From positions 9,488,001-9,552,000 of the forward strand of contig NC_087437.1 in NCBI RefSeq assembly GCF_036321535.1: a stretch of 64,000 nt of DNA. The letters run 5' to 3'. The notes beneath the pieces are model-generated. The model was not told the origin of the DNA and did not search any database. It worked only from the letters and a program-made list of their open reading frames with translations. How positions within the stretch are numbered: the first letter of the stretch is position 1; every line of letters starts with the position of its first letter. The position numbers were made by a program, and so were the translations under genes. Shown here piece by piece: positions 1 through 12,638 of the stretch. This DNA comes from Camelus dromedarius (Eukaryota).

Positions 1-238
1 AGTGCCAGTTTGGACAGAAGCAGCAGTTTGATTCATGTTGACTCCTGGAGGTAGAGAGGAAGAGATCTGTTTGATGGATCTTGAGGGTGGCTCATGTCTC
101 TAAGCAGGTTTAAACTTCCAAGCTGTTCAGAGAAGAGATTCTAACTACCAGCCTTTTGATCCTTGGATTATCTCCTTCCATTTACGTGAATGATGTGGGA
201 AAGCAGTACCAGATATTAGATTAATTCAAATTAGGTGC

Positions 239-264
239 GTGTGTGTGTGTGTGTGTGTGTGTGT
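239..264. repeat. (GT)n microsatellite
   Basis: Uninterrupted GT dinucleotide run of about 13 units. Confidence 0.95.
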
Positions 265-1796
265 CCCCACACACGAGAGAGGTGGGGAGAAGGAGATCAT
301 GTGCCTGTGTAAGTGATGTGTGTGCATTTCTCATCAATCTGGGTGAAAATGTGCATGTTCAGGTGTGGCATCCGTCGCTGGCAGCTTTCACCGTGTGGAC
401 TCAAATGTAAATCAGGCTCTGAATGTTGGTACTGCTGATTCTCAACGACTCGTGGTTATAGGTGTGAAATCCACGAGTTCATAGTGTCCGTTCAATCCAG
501 TTTAAGTAAAACAGCCTATTTGTGATGAGGAGAAGTCACAAAAGACCACTCTACGATTCAGACATTTGTCTCTGACCATACAACCTGGACCCACGGCTCC
601 GCTGAAGACCGGTTTTGTCCTTTATAAAATGGGTGAGCCAAGTAATCTTTGACCACCCCACCTCTGACATCGGGACTTCTCCCCATCACAACTCTCCGCG
701 GAGATGCCAGGAGTATGGTAGTGCGGCCAAGACTGGCTTTCCCTTTACCCTTTCCCATCCATCGGGTGGAGATGTTGATGAGCAGTGGAGCAGCCAGAGG
801 CAGACGTGGAGGAAGAATGGGCAGGTGCCCGGAGCGCAAGATCTCACCAAAGACGAAACATTTTCCCTTGGTTAATCAGCATTTGGCTGAAATGCACGTT
901 GCTGCCATCTACCTCCCATCGACCACAAAACGGGAATCTGGGAGAGGTCACTTTCAATGTGTTTTGGAAACCGTAAGGTAGAATGTCCATACATCGACAG
1001 AATCGAATAAAGAGTCTTGCCTACACCCTTGTGCTCATTTGCCCCGTGTGACTGATGTGCGTGTTAGCCACGCAGCAAAGCGTGCTGATTTGTCTAGTAC
1101 TCAAGTGCGGCTTGCCTTCCTTCCTCCCTTATTCCTTCCCTTCTGTTTCTTCCTTCCTTCCCTTTTCTCTCTTGTTTGTCACACCAATCTAACTCCTTTT
1201 GCACTTAGTACCTGAAAACAGAATGTTACGACACAGGTGCCCAGTAACGCTCTTGCTGATACGGACTCCAGCATCATTTCGTCAGGACTCTTGGTCCCTC
1301 CTGCTCTAAACTACAAACAGGATCATCAGCCACGTCCTCCAAGAATTCCAATTTACCAAGAGCACTGTACCACCCATTTTATTTTAATAATCTACTTCCT
1401 CTACTCAATATAATATTCCCATTTTGTACTAGTTAATTAGGGCTGGAAGAAACCATATGAACTAGTTTCTTTAATGGTAAATTGAGGTCATCATAAAAGT
1501 ATACGTGAAGCTAGCACTATTTTTATAGGGGAACAGAACAACATCACTGCAGAATTTCTTCCTCTAAACCACACATGCTTAATTTTTTACAGATTTCATT
1601 GTCAAAGCAAGGAACTAAACACTGCACAGTAATGAAATTTAATTTTCAAATCGACTCATAAAAATCTGTTTGTATTTCCCTCTCTTAGTGGTCTCCCAAC
1701 TTTCCCAGGCAGAAAATTTACCTGAGGTTTATTGTTGAAGATACAATCCCTGGACTCTTCCCTTTGACCCGAGAAAAGAATCTCGTGGATGAGTTG

Positions 1797-1846
1797 AGAC
1801 TAACACAACATTGTAAATCAACTGCACTTCAATTTCAAAAATAAAC
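1797..1846 (+). mobile_element. Very short 3'-terminal L1 fragment
   Basis: ACTAACACAACATTGTAAATCAACTGCACTTCAAT plus an A-rich tail matches the 3' end of the L1 copy ending at about 16720. Confidence 0.75.
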
Positions 1847-2094
1847 AATCTCAAGGAGAGAAACCTTAGCATCTGTATGTTCACAGAGCACCAGCAGTAA
1901 TTCTTACAATAAAAGCCAAGTTTGGAAACCATTCATTTATCTCCGGAATGGAAATTTCATTGCCCAGGTGTGCTTTTTCTGAAATCAATGCTGAGCTCCT
2001 TCTGATTTTCCTGAGGTGAATCTAGCCCATTTCATAATCCACACTATTGTGGGAAACCAGAAGAAAGAAAGAGGGAGGAGATGAAGGACTTAGA

Positions 2095-2356
2095 AGAGTA
2101 CTGTCCGATAAAAATATCCTGCCAATCACATGTGTAATTTTTGATCCTCTAAAAGCCACATTTTAAAAAGTAAAGAAATAGTGGAAATTAATTTTAATAG
2201 TCTAGTTTACATGACTCGGTATATCCAAAGCATGATCACCTTAATATGTCAAGAATATAAAATTATTGAGATACTTTGCATTCCTTTCTAGAATGAAGTC
2301 TTAACAAGTCGGATTTACACCTGAGCATATCTCCACTTGGACTTGCATTCAGTGTA
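2095..2356 (+). mobile_element. MER33-like hAT-Charlie non-autonomous DNA transposon
   Basis: CTGTCCGATAAAAAT...AGCCACATTTT...GAAATTAATTTTAATA...TATATCCAAA...ATTATTGAGATA...AGCATATCTC follows the MER33 consensus collinearly. Confidence 0.75.
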
Positions 2357-5300
2357 GATCTAGAACGTGCTGGTATATGACAGGATGAAAGTAAACAGCA
2401 ACTTGAAGTTGTCCCACCCATTTACCATGTCAAAAGCTGCAAAGTTTGTGGACATCCTAATGATGATTTGACTTGCCAAGGTTAAAAGTAAATAGGAAAA
2501 CAGGAAGAGGCTACAAAAATCATATGGCCTGGCATTAGAGTTCTTGTAGATAAAAGTTCATTTTTGTCACATAAAAGATGGTATTGAGTTAACAAATACA
2601 AAATTATATTCTAATTCTTATTTGTAGGTATTGGTTCCTAATTCTTACCATGCCAATAACATATCACACTTAAAATATATTTAAATAATTGTTTAGTGTT
2701 AGTGTTATATTTTTAACAAAACAAGTGCTCTGTTTATGTTACTTATTGAGCTTTTCCAAACACTGACGTCTGTTTTTCAGTGTCATCTCTAAATACATCC
2801 GTTTCTGACAAGGCCCCACTTCTGAGGAAGGTTTGAGGAAAGTCTCTGAGATACTCTCACAGTTCTTACAAAAAATATTTACTCAGTCTTCATATAAGAT
2901 CTTCGAAAATGAGCCCAGATGAATTTCCCATTGTTATTTCAATAGAACAAAGCAAGAACATAGGCTAAGTCAAACATCAGTGCGAGGACTCCATCCGTTT
3001 CTTTGATAATATGTGGAGACACATTTGCTCCCCGAGGTAGAAAAGGTCATAATAAACACTATGTTCACAGTTACCTAGTCTCTTACCCTCAATTCAAAAT
3101 CTGCATCAATTTACAGGAGAAAAGTATTTCTTAGACATTTGTCATGTGCCAATAGTTCAAATCTTAATTTTGCATTGTCTAGCCTCAAGTATGGCCAAAT
3201 GTGTTTAAAAAGAGAGTACCTTAGTAGAGATTTTATTTTTATCCTTCCTCCTTGATACTAAATGTTCAAGACATAGGAAGCCAAAAGTAGGATTGGGGAA
3301 AAAGGACAAAAATTAAAACAAGGGCAATTAAACATTTCTGTGCATAATGCAAGCTGGTAACATTTTCCTTTAAATAGGAGAAGCTGTTGTTGCATACGTG
3401 TGTTTCCTACTTTTCCTTAAATGCAGAAACACCCCCACACACAAACATACCTGTTGTAATAAAAAAAAAAAAAAAACAGTTACAAATCTCCTGAGGTTCT
3501 AATACACAAGAAATTCAAATCTCTCACGTTGAACACGTTTCGGCTAACTTTCCACTCTCTAACCCTCCAGTTCCCTTCACAAACAGAACCCCGATTAAGT
3601 TGGGGCATCGATATTTCCCAGCCAACCTTGAAGTTAGGGCGGCCCATGTGACACAGTGATGATTAAATGTAAGCAGAAGTTTTCCGGTTGGGGAAGTAAG
3701 AACGTTCTACTCGGTTGGTCCCTTTTCCCACTTCCCTTCACGTTCGCTCTTGTTACAGAGACTGCTTGCTTGATGTCTGCAGATAAACTAGCTCTTTGCT
3801 CTTCAGCTCACATGTGTGAGGATGGCGGCCTCCCCTAATCATGGTGAATGAAAAAGATCAGGAGGATTTACTGACACCGTGGATCACGGTCCCTGGACCA
3901 GCCTTATTTCACCTGAAGCTAAAATTGATCTACTTAGTAACTTTCCCTGAAAACATGAGACTGTCATAGAAAAAGATGGAAGAACTCTTCTGAATATATT
4001 AGTAATATTATTTTCCAGAAGGAAGAGGTAGTTCGATGATAATATTCTCTCCTCTTCTTGACAGCTGCCTCAAATAGTACAAATGCTGAAAAGATCCCCC
4101 AGTTTCCTAAATTTTTTTGTCACTGGCATAATTTTACAGACCTTGGCTTGTGTCTAATTAACACAGGATGTGATAAGATTGGGAGTAGAAACCAATGCCT
4201 AGGAAGAAAGTTTTGAAAGATTTAACTGAGGGGATTGAAGCTGTTACTAGGGTCGTCTTGAGTTTACTAAGTACCGAGCAGAGAACCCCAGAAAAGCGGT
4301 TCACTTTGACTCAAAATGTCTCCAAACGCTGTCAGAATTTTCCTCTGGTGTCCACAGACAGGAGCTGCATTGTGCTGATAAGAAATAGAAAGCAGTTTCT
4401 TACATATAATATATAAAGTCTTTAAATTGATTTCTAAATCTGCTCTTTCCACATTGTCTATTCCATAGCTCATCCCGATGCCCTCATTGCTGAGAAAGTC
4501 GATTGCAATGACTGGGGCACGCCAGGCACACGGTCCTGTCTCCCCTCGACTTATAAGAAAACAGAAAATTGTCCATCTGCTTTAGAAGCAAAACGTTATC
4601 AGATGTTGGATTCCACAAGGAAGATGAAAGATGTTGTCAGTCATCAGTTTTAATATGCATTTTCTGAAGTGGGTTCTGCTCTAACTTACTAGGTTTCCTT
4701 CCAAAATAAATAATTCATATAGATCATTTTTATGAGTGAGGGAAAATAAAACTAAAAGTTTTAGAAATAAAAAGCAAGCAAATAATTAATATAAGTTACA
4801 ATAGGAAGATGTGAAAAAATCATAATTGATGAAAATAAGTGTTAAATATTATATGATACATGCAAAAAGTATATAATTTATGAAAACTTGAAGATGTCAG
4901 TGGTCAAAGATAAGGTAGTGAATGTATGTTTGAATTCATTTATTTTAATGTGACTGGATTAATATGTATGTGAGCAATATTTTACATATGTATATATAAA
5001 TATATCTGTATATATGGCATACATACACATGCAATCATTAGTAATAATCTTTTTAAAAATATATACAGAATACAAAATGTTGGAAACCATGAAAACCATG
5101 AGAGTCTTTCTTGGATAGTTTAAATGATATAGGTAAAGGTAAGACTTGAATGTTAAAGAGTGTATTAAGGAGCTTACTTCTTTACCTTAGAAAGAAGACA
5201 AAAGCTCATCTACATACTCTCCTTGCATGTGAAATAAAAGTGACAGGGAAAAACAAAAGGGTATTGGAATTATCTCCAATAGATGAAAGAAACAAATTGA

Positions 5301-5779
5301 AGATGCTTGAAGGATTGCATTAAATAACTCCTACAGGCATACTTATAAAGAAAGCCACCCAGAAAAACACACTCTCTTTATAAAAGGACCTAAGAGAGAA
5401 AACCTTTTTGGATACGCCTCCTCTCCTCCAGGCAAACCCCAGAAGCCAGGACTCCCCACTCCCTGCTCTGTGAGGGGCCAGATAATTGCAGACTGTGAGG
5501 AGAACCCGGTTGACTCTCTTTGCCCTGCACCGCTGTAAGCACCACACCTCTCCAACCCTTCGTCAGCGCTGTGTCTACATACAGGCCTTTCATGGAGAAT
5601 TGTCAACTCTTCCTCTCCTGCCCTTTGCTGAGGACAGCAAAGGGACAAATCGCCTGACTCTCCCAACTAGAGAATGGGGGAACGATTGCGGAAAGATATG
5701 ACCTGGATGAAGCAATGGCTTTGACTCAGTGTGGGAGGTCCCAGGGCACACTCTGGAGCAGTTCCTGCAGGAGACCAAC

Positions 5780-6715
5780 CATAATCAAAACAGCAGAAGC
5801 CCTGAGAACTGAACAAACGCTGAGTAACACTGCTCAGGTCTCAGACGGGTGTCTGGCTAGCACACAATTAGATAGGCTAGGATGAATCGTACTTCAAAGG
5901 CTTTGAAAGCCAAATCGACATTTGAACTACAGCCCACAAAGACAGCCAGGGCGTACATTCCCAACTTCAAGGGGTTGCCTGCATGCCATAACAGAAGACT
6001 TAAATAGAAACCAGAATCTCATAACCTCACATGTTCAGGATGCAATGCAAAATAGTTCATCATCTCTAGAACTCGGAAAATCTCAACTGGAATGACAAAA
6101 GATAATCAAAAGATGCCAAGTGCCAAGATGACCCACATGCTGGAATGATCTGAATGAAGACGTTAAAGCAGTGATCATAAAATGCTCCAGCAAGCTATTA
6201 CAAACACTCTTGGAAGAAAAAAAAAAAGGAAAAATTAAAGTCTTAGCAAAGAAAAAGACATTGAAATTCAGGAAGTTTTCAGAAATAAACAAAGAGCAAC
6301 CGAGATGGTATATATCTGGGTAAATATAACAGGCTAGTCTTAACCACTTTAGGCTTTAAAATTATATTTGATGATTGAAAGCAAAAATTATAACATCGTC
6401 TGATGGGATTTTCACTGCATGTACAGGTAACATTCAAGATCATTTTGTTATAAAGGTGGGGGAGGAAGAAGGACCTCGAGAGTGGTAAGGTTGTTACTTT
6501 CCCCTTGATATTATAAAATATTGAAACAAGATCATAAATTGTGATAACTTAGACATGTATGTAACCCCTAGAGCAACCACTAAAACCACGATGTGAAGAT
6601 TCAAAACTCTGAAGATAAATTAAGATTGAATACAAAAGTGTGAACCAGGAGGGAAGGAAGAAGAACAGAAAACACCGAGGGACTAAACAGAAAACCAATA
6701 GTCAGAATAGAGCTA
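5780..6715 (+). mobile_element. Old L1 (L1MC/L1MD-type) 5' region, ORF1 and inter-ORF relic
   Basis: CCAAGATGACCCACATGCTGGAATGATCTGA...AAAGCAGTGATCATAAAATGCT...CTATTACAAACACTCTTG and GTAACCCCTAGAGCAACCACTAAAA are typical of L1M 5'-end subfamilies. The left boundary is uncertain. Confidence 0.65.
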
Positions 6716-7175
6716 TCACTAGAAAAGAAATTAAATTCCTAGTTAAAAAAAAAAAAAGAACTTTCTGAAACAAAGTATCTAGGCACAGATGCATAGATTG
6801 TTTCACTGGAGAATTCTCCCAAACATTTCAGGAAGAACTAACTCTCAGTTTACACAATCTCTTCCAGAAAATAGAAGATAAAGGAATATTTCTCAATTCA
6901 TTTTATGAGACCAGCATTGTCCTAATACCAAAACTGACACAGACAATACAAAAAAAAAAAAAAAGGACCAATATCTTCCATGAACATTGACTAAAAAATC
7001 ATCAGTGAAACAATAGCAAATTCAGCGATGTATACAAAGAAAATTACACCATGGTCAAATGGGATTTATTGCAGGAATGCAAGGTGGGTGCAATATTTAA
7101 AAATCAATCAATCTAAAGATGAAAACTATATAATTATATCAACCAATGTGGAAAAAGCATCTACTATTCATGATA
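6716..7175 (+). mobile_element. L1 ORF2 (reverse transcriptase region) decayed fragment
   Basis: Degenerate coding of FTGEF.QTF.EEL...LHNLFQKIE...NSFYETSI.LIPK, GFIAGMQG and IISTNVEKA, with frameshifts and stops. Confidence 0.85.
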
Positions 7176-7269
7176 AAAAGAAAGATGCTGCTTCTTATTT
7201 TAAAAAATGCTGTGTATGTGTGAGTATGCATGTACACACACTACTCTCACACACATTTATTTATATTAA

Positions 7270-9248
7270 ACAGTGAAAATGTAAAACAAAACGAAAAAAC
7301 TTGGTTACCTATGGGGAAGGAATGGAGCATAGTGGAGAGAATAGAGACTGAAGCTGGATTCTCTGAATATCTCTTGTTTCAAAATTTGGTTTTGGATCCC
7401 TATAAATGTTTTACATAATTATTAAACAAAATGAATCAAATGAAACTAGCTGTGTGTCAAGTTGGACACCCAACTGCATTGGTGAGATTTATTTGAGTGA
7501 GTTAAACAAAGACCTTTGAATATACATTCCTGGTGAATATATCCAAAGGATAAAATAAATTACAAAGTTACTTTAAATGGTAATCATATTATTATATAGG
7601 TTAACATGAAATACGTAATTAAGTCAAGGTCTTTAGAAACCACATTTTCTATGTAGGAGAAAGGACATAGAAAAGGGATACAGATGCAAAACTCAAAGAA
7701 GTTAATACAAATAACCTGAAATCTTAAATTTGAATTGAAAATACCAATATAAGATATCTTATTGTATTTAGCATAAATCCTGTTTCTTAGCTCATATGAT
7801 GAAATTATCCTGAAAATTACAAATACCTTAGTAATGAGCACCTGAATCACCAAGATTTGGTCTTTGGAAAACATATCCTATTTAGGAGAACTAGAACTTC
7901 TTGAGAAAATTGCTGATTCTCAGGACTGGGAGAGGAACTGTTCAAGATGAAACCAGAATATACTTTCATATTAGAAGCAAGAGAGCTATCAAAGACTACT
8001 GTGGTCATTTCAAAAGAACCAAGAGTCAGTAGAAGAGACTCCCACTTTTCAAGAGGGAACAGTTTTAACAACTACAAAAAAACATAATGGAGGTAATTTG
8101 TTGACTATATATAAATTACCTTAAAATGTGAGAACTCAACAAAAACAACAAAACAAAAAAGAAGTCAAACATATTTACAGGTTGCTAATATATGGCACCA
8201 ATTAATTATTTTGAAAACTCCTAAAGGAAGAAAAGCACTTAGCATTTATTCTGCCTTTGCTGTGTGAACTGTACTTCAGGAAACCAAACAATTAATAAGC
8301 AAGTGGTACCTCTTTATCAAAAGAATTCCAGCTAATTAATGCAGAAGGAAAGATAGAATTAGAATGTCACCATTTTGCAAATTCTAATGAAATTATGTAT
8401 CTAGGCAAAGATCAGTTGTTGCTAAAGTATCTGGTAAAAGGTTGCCTCATGGTGACCTGTATAATGAATGGATGAAGGTAACAAAACCTAAATTCACTGA
8501 TAGATTTTAACTCCGTGCAAAAAGATAATAAAACGTTTTGTACTTTCTGACAGAATGCAGTAGAAAGAACCACTTACAATACACTCTCGCCAAGAAAAAA
8601 AAAAATCAATCCTGAACTTCATCAAGTCTAAAGATATAACTGCTAGTTTAAAAGATACCCAGGGCACAGAGGAACAAGGTAAATGCCACCAAAGGAATGT
8701 AATCAGTTAAATTGAGAACATGACACATTTTACAAAAAAAAAAAAATTATCTGATTCCCTTAATTAAAAAAAAAATAGAGAGGGGAAATTCTTACAGATT
8801 AAAAGATTCTTTAAAAGATACTTAAAGAGAACTATCAACCAAATGCCATGTTTTGACCTTGTTTAAAATGCAATTTAAATAATCAAGTTTAAAAATATAT
8901 TAATGGGACAATTGAAGGAAATTTGAACACTAACTGGATACTAGATGGTACTAAGGGATTACTTTTTATATTTAGGTGTATCATGATAATGCATTAATTA
9001 TAAAATAAAGAGTTATTATCTCTTAAAGATATATTTTAAATTTTTTCTAGATTAAAAACATTGTATTTGGGATTTGCTTGAAACAATTTATTATGGCATG
9101 TGGGATCATGAGAAGAGGGGGAAGGGTAGCTCTGAAATAAGACATACGGCCTCTATTATGATGTATGCTGATTGTGGGGGCTGTGTATTGAGTGTTCATT
9201 ATACAATGTCTTCTTTTTTGTACATATTTATAATTTTTTATATTAATA
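7270..9248 (+). mobile_element. L1MC4/L1MC5-like long 3' UTR
   Basis: AGCATTTATTCTGCCTTT...AGAATTCCAGCTAATTAATGCAGAAGGAAAGATAGAATTAGAATGTCACCATTTTGCAA and terminal GTGTTCATTATACAA...TTTTTGTA. Confidence 0.7.
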
Positions 9249-9264
9249 GAAGAAGTAATTTCAG

Positions 9265-11567
9265 ATTGAAGAAGATGCCAGAAGGAAGGAGGGAAATTAA
9301 AAATGGAGTAATGAGCAAAGCAATTGAGATTCATGGGGATGAATCTGAACGTTAAGCAATGACAAACCTATTTAATTTTTCATACTGAAAATGAAACAAA
9401 ATAGAACTAAAGTTACGATAGAGGACTGCATATAAGCTATCAGGAAGCGATGGACGTTAACATGTTCTAAACAGCTTATATTTCTCTGGAATGGAGATAA
9501 TTTAAATTTATACTTGGTTATAATAAATATGCTGTTAAATGTTTTTCGAGTAACCACTAAAAAAAAAGTAGACATACAATGGAGAAAAAAGAGCAAGAAA
9601 AAAGGCAAAAAGAAAAAAAAAAGTAGAATAAACAAAAAATGAACAGTAAGATGTTAGAAATGAATTCAAATATATCAATAATCACAGTCAATGTAAATAG
9701 ACTAAACTCTAGAATTAAAATACAAAGATTGGCAGACAAGGAAAACAAAGTAGTTATGTGCTCCTTAACAGAGACTCAAACTTAATACAAGATAACACAA
9801 AAAGTCTGAAAGTAAATAATGGGAAAATGTATACCAGCCAAATACTAAATTTAAAGAAAATTTGGTGGTGTTACACTAACATAAGAAAACATAAGCTTTA
9901 AAGAAAAAATAATAGAGAGTAAAATGAACTACACAATTATAGACTTAATTCCTCAGGAAGAAACAAATTATATATTATAAAATAATATAACTTAAAAATT
10001 AGAAATCAAACAAACTACAAGAAGGAGCCAATGAATCATCATAATACAGGGCTATGTTATATAGATGTACCTTTGAGTAATAACAGATTAATCATATAGA
10101 AACCAATAAAAATAGAAAGAAACTAATAAAAATATTTAATATGCTTTATCCAATAGGCAAATTTATAGCACTTTATTTCCAAACTGTAGAATATGCATTC
10201 GTTCCAAGCCCAGTACAAATTAACAGTATTAAGAATAACTCAAGAAAAAATTAAAAACTTCAATAAACTGACAATAATGGACTAAACTGAATCAATAATT
10301 TAAAATATTTCAACAGATACAGACGGTTTCTCAGAGATGTTTAACAAACGTCAATAAATGGATAATTGCAATCTTATATAAATCCTATTCTTACATAAGA
10401 TTTCACAGGGAACAAATTCTAAGTAATTTTAGGAGTCAAGGGTAGTAGAAGACCATTATATCACAGGACAGTCTTACTCACAAGCTTAGAAGAAAACATC
10501 TTAAGTGAGGAACAAGTAAGTGAAATTCAATAGGGTACTTAAAACGTAAACTGTCACAGATAAATTGGTATTATCGCAAAAGAGCAAGGTTGGTTCAATT
10601 GAAAAATGCATATGTTCATCCTAATACTGGAAAATTATTAAGCATTTGACAATATTTTAAATAGGCTTTCATGAAAATAAACCTTTACCTACTAAAAGTT
10701 GAAGGAAGCTCTTTCTACCAATAAAGGGTACTTAGACTTAAACAAACATCATATTCAATAATGAAATGCAAAATTTATTCACTGTAAAATCAGAAATAAG
10801 ATAAGAATGCTGATAAGCCCAATGGAAAATTTGGCAGAAGATTTGAATGAGCATCTCAGAGAAGAAAAAAACCCAAACAATCATCATAGGTGTGAAAAGA
10901 TGTTCAACTTCATTGATAATTGGGAAAATGCAAATTAAAATTATAAGGCGATGCCATTGCGTACTCACCAGGTTGTCAAAAATTAAAAAGTTGGCTAAAC
11001 ATAAGTGCTGGTGAATTGACAGTCACCCTCAGACTTTGCAGGTGGGCATGTAAAGTCATACAATCATTTTCCAAAACAATTTGTCATTACCTAGAAAAGT
11101 TCAATATGCATGTAACCTATAATCTAGTGATTCTATTCCCAGGTATACCATCTATACAGACTTGTGCAATGTACAAAGGTGCAAAGTTACGTGTGTACTG
11201 GAAAACTGACAGCGCATTACTAACAGAGCAAACTTCCCAGAAGTATAACTCCATGAAAATGGCTTAATGAATTGCAGTGCATCTGCAGATAGGAAAAGAG
11301 CAGGGAAGGAAAGGAACAATAGTGATGTGCATCAACACAGAGGAAGATCAAAAACATAACACTGAGTGAAAAACAAAGTGACAAAAGAATGCTCATGGAA
11401 TCTTACACATACACAAAGATTAAAAGCAAGCAGGCAAAACTGCATAAAATATTGCTTAGAGATATGTGCATATGTTATAAACATACACACCAAAGAAAGG
11501 AAATGGCTCACTCACAGTTCAGGCTAGTAGTTACCTGGGGAGGGAGCAAGAAGAGGAGTTTGCAATC
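9265..11567 (+). mobile_element. Old L1ME-type element (ORF1 end, endonuclease start, ORF2 end, 3' UTR), fragmented
   Basis: ATATCAATAATCACAGTCAATGTAAATAGACTAAAC encodes the ISIITVNVN.LN endonuclease start. AAAAGATGTTCAACTTCATTGATAATTGGGAAAATGCAAATTAAAA is the ORF2 C-terminal region. The element continues at about 12161-12300 after the young L1 insertion. Confidence 0.7.
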
Positions 11568-11577
11568 AAAAAGGTTA

Positions 11578-12150
11578 TGTTCATAGCAGCACTATATACA
11601 ATAGTCAAGACACGGAAACAACCTAAATGTCCATCAACAGATGACTGGATAAAGAATATGGTGATATATGTATACAATGGAATGCTACTCAGCCAGGAAA
11701 AAGAAGAAAATAATGCCATTTGCAGCAACATGGATGGACCTAGGGATCATCATACTAAGTGAGGCCAGAAAGAGAAAGAGAAATACTATATGATATCATT
11801 CAGATGTGGAATCTAAAAAAAGAAGAGAGGACACTAATGAACTTATCTAAAAAACAGAAACAGACTTGTAGACATAGTAAACAAACTTACTGTTACTGGG
11901 GGAAAGGGGGTGGGAAGGGATAAACTGGGGTTTGAGATTTGCAGATACCAACTACTATGTATAAAATAAACAACAAGTTTCTTCTGTATAGCACAGGGAA
12001 CTATATTCAGTATCTTGTAGTAACCTTTAATGAAAAAGAATATGAAAACAAATATATGTATGTATATGCATGACTGGGACAGTGTGCTGTACACCAGAAA
12101 TTGACACATTGTAACTGACTACACTTCACTTAAGAAAAATAAAATAAAAT
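11578..12150 (+). mobile_element. Young 5'-truncated L1 (camelid-type 3' end)
   Basis: ORF2 C-terminus ([26 protein letters not shown]), 3' UTR and (TAAAA)n tail. Candidate TSD AAAAAGGTTA (11568-11577) / AAAAAGGGTA (12151-12160). Confidence 0.92.
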
Positions 12151-12513
12151 AAAAAGGGTAACAAGAGACTTCAAAGACACTGTGATTTTCCACTTTTCAA
12201 GCTGCAGAGTGGGTCCCCAGGTCTCCTTGTGATTGTCATACTTATGCTGCATCCATACATTCTGCGTATTTTTGGCATCAATGATACATTCCATAAAAAC
12301 TTTCAAAGACTATAATTCTAAGGTAGGTAGACTCTGAACATCATAGTTTATGGAGTTGCTTATTCATAGCAAATCTGATGTTTTACAAATTAGTAACATC
12401 ATTTTGGGCAACTTTAGACTTGAATCATAGTGAGCCAGATCTTCACTATGGTACCTTTTTGGGTGATGGAAGTTCTTATTTGTACCCTAAGCATTGATGT
12501 ATTGGACTTGGAT

Positions 12514-12638
12514 TCATTACATGTCCAACACAACACCTAAGTGCCCCCATTTAAGCCTCCCAAACCCACACACTATCATTGCATGTCCAACACAGCACCT
12601 ACGTGCCCCCATTTAAGCCTCCCAAACCCACACACTAT
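12514..12638. repeat. Tandem duplication, 2 x 62 bp
   Basis: TCATTACATGTCCAACACAACACCTAAGTGCCCCCATTTAAGCCTCCCAAACCCACACACTA is repeated head-to-tail with 3 substitutions. Confidence 0.95.

Noticed and set aside
448..478. Hairpin ACTCGTGG-N15-CCACGAGT
   Set aside because: An 8-bp stem is expected many times by chance in 64 kb and is too short for a pre-miRNA.
562..632. Exon-like segment (CAG...GG|GTGAG)
   Set aside because: Weak polypyrimidine tract and no recognisable peptide in any frame. It cannot be supported without transcript data.
12514..12638. CRISPR-like repeat
   Set aside because: Only two abutting copies, no spacers, and a mammalian context.
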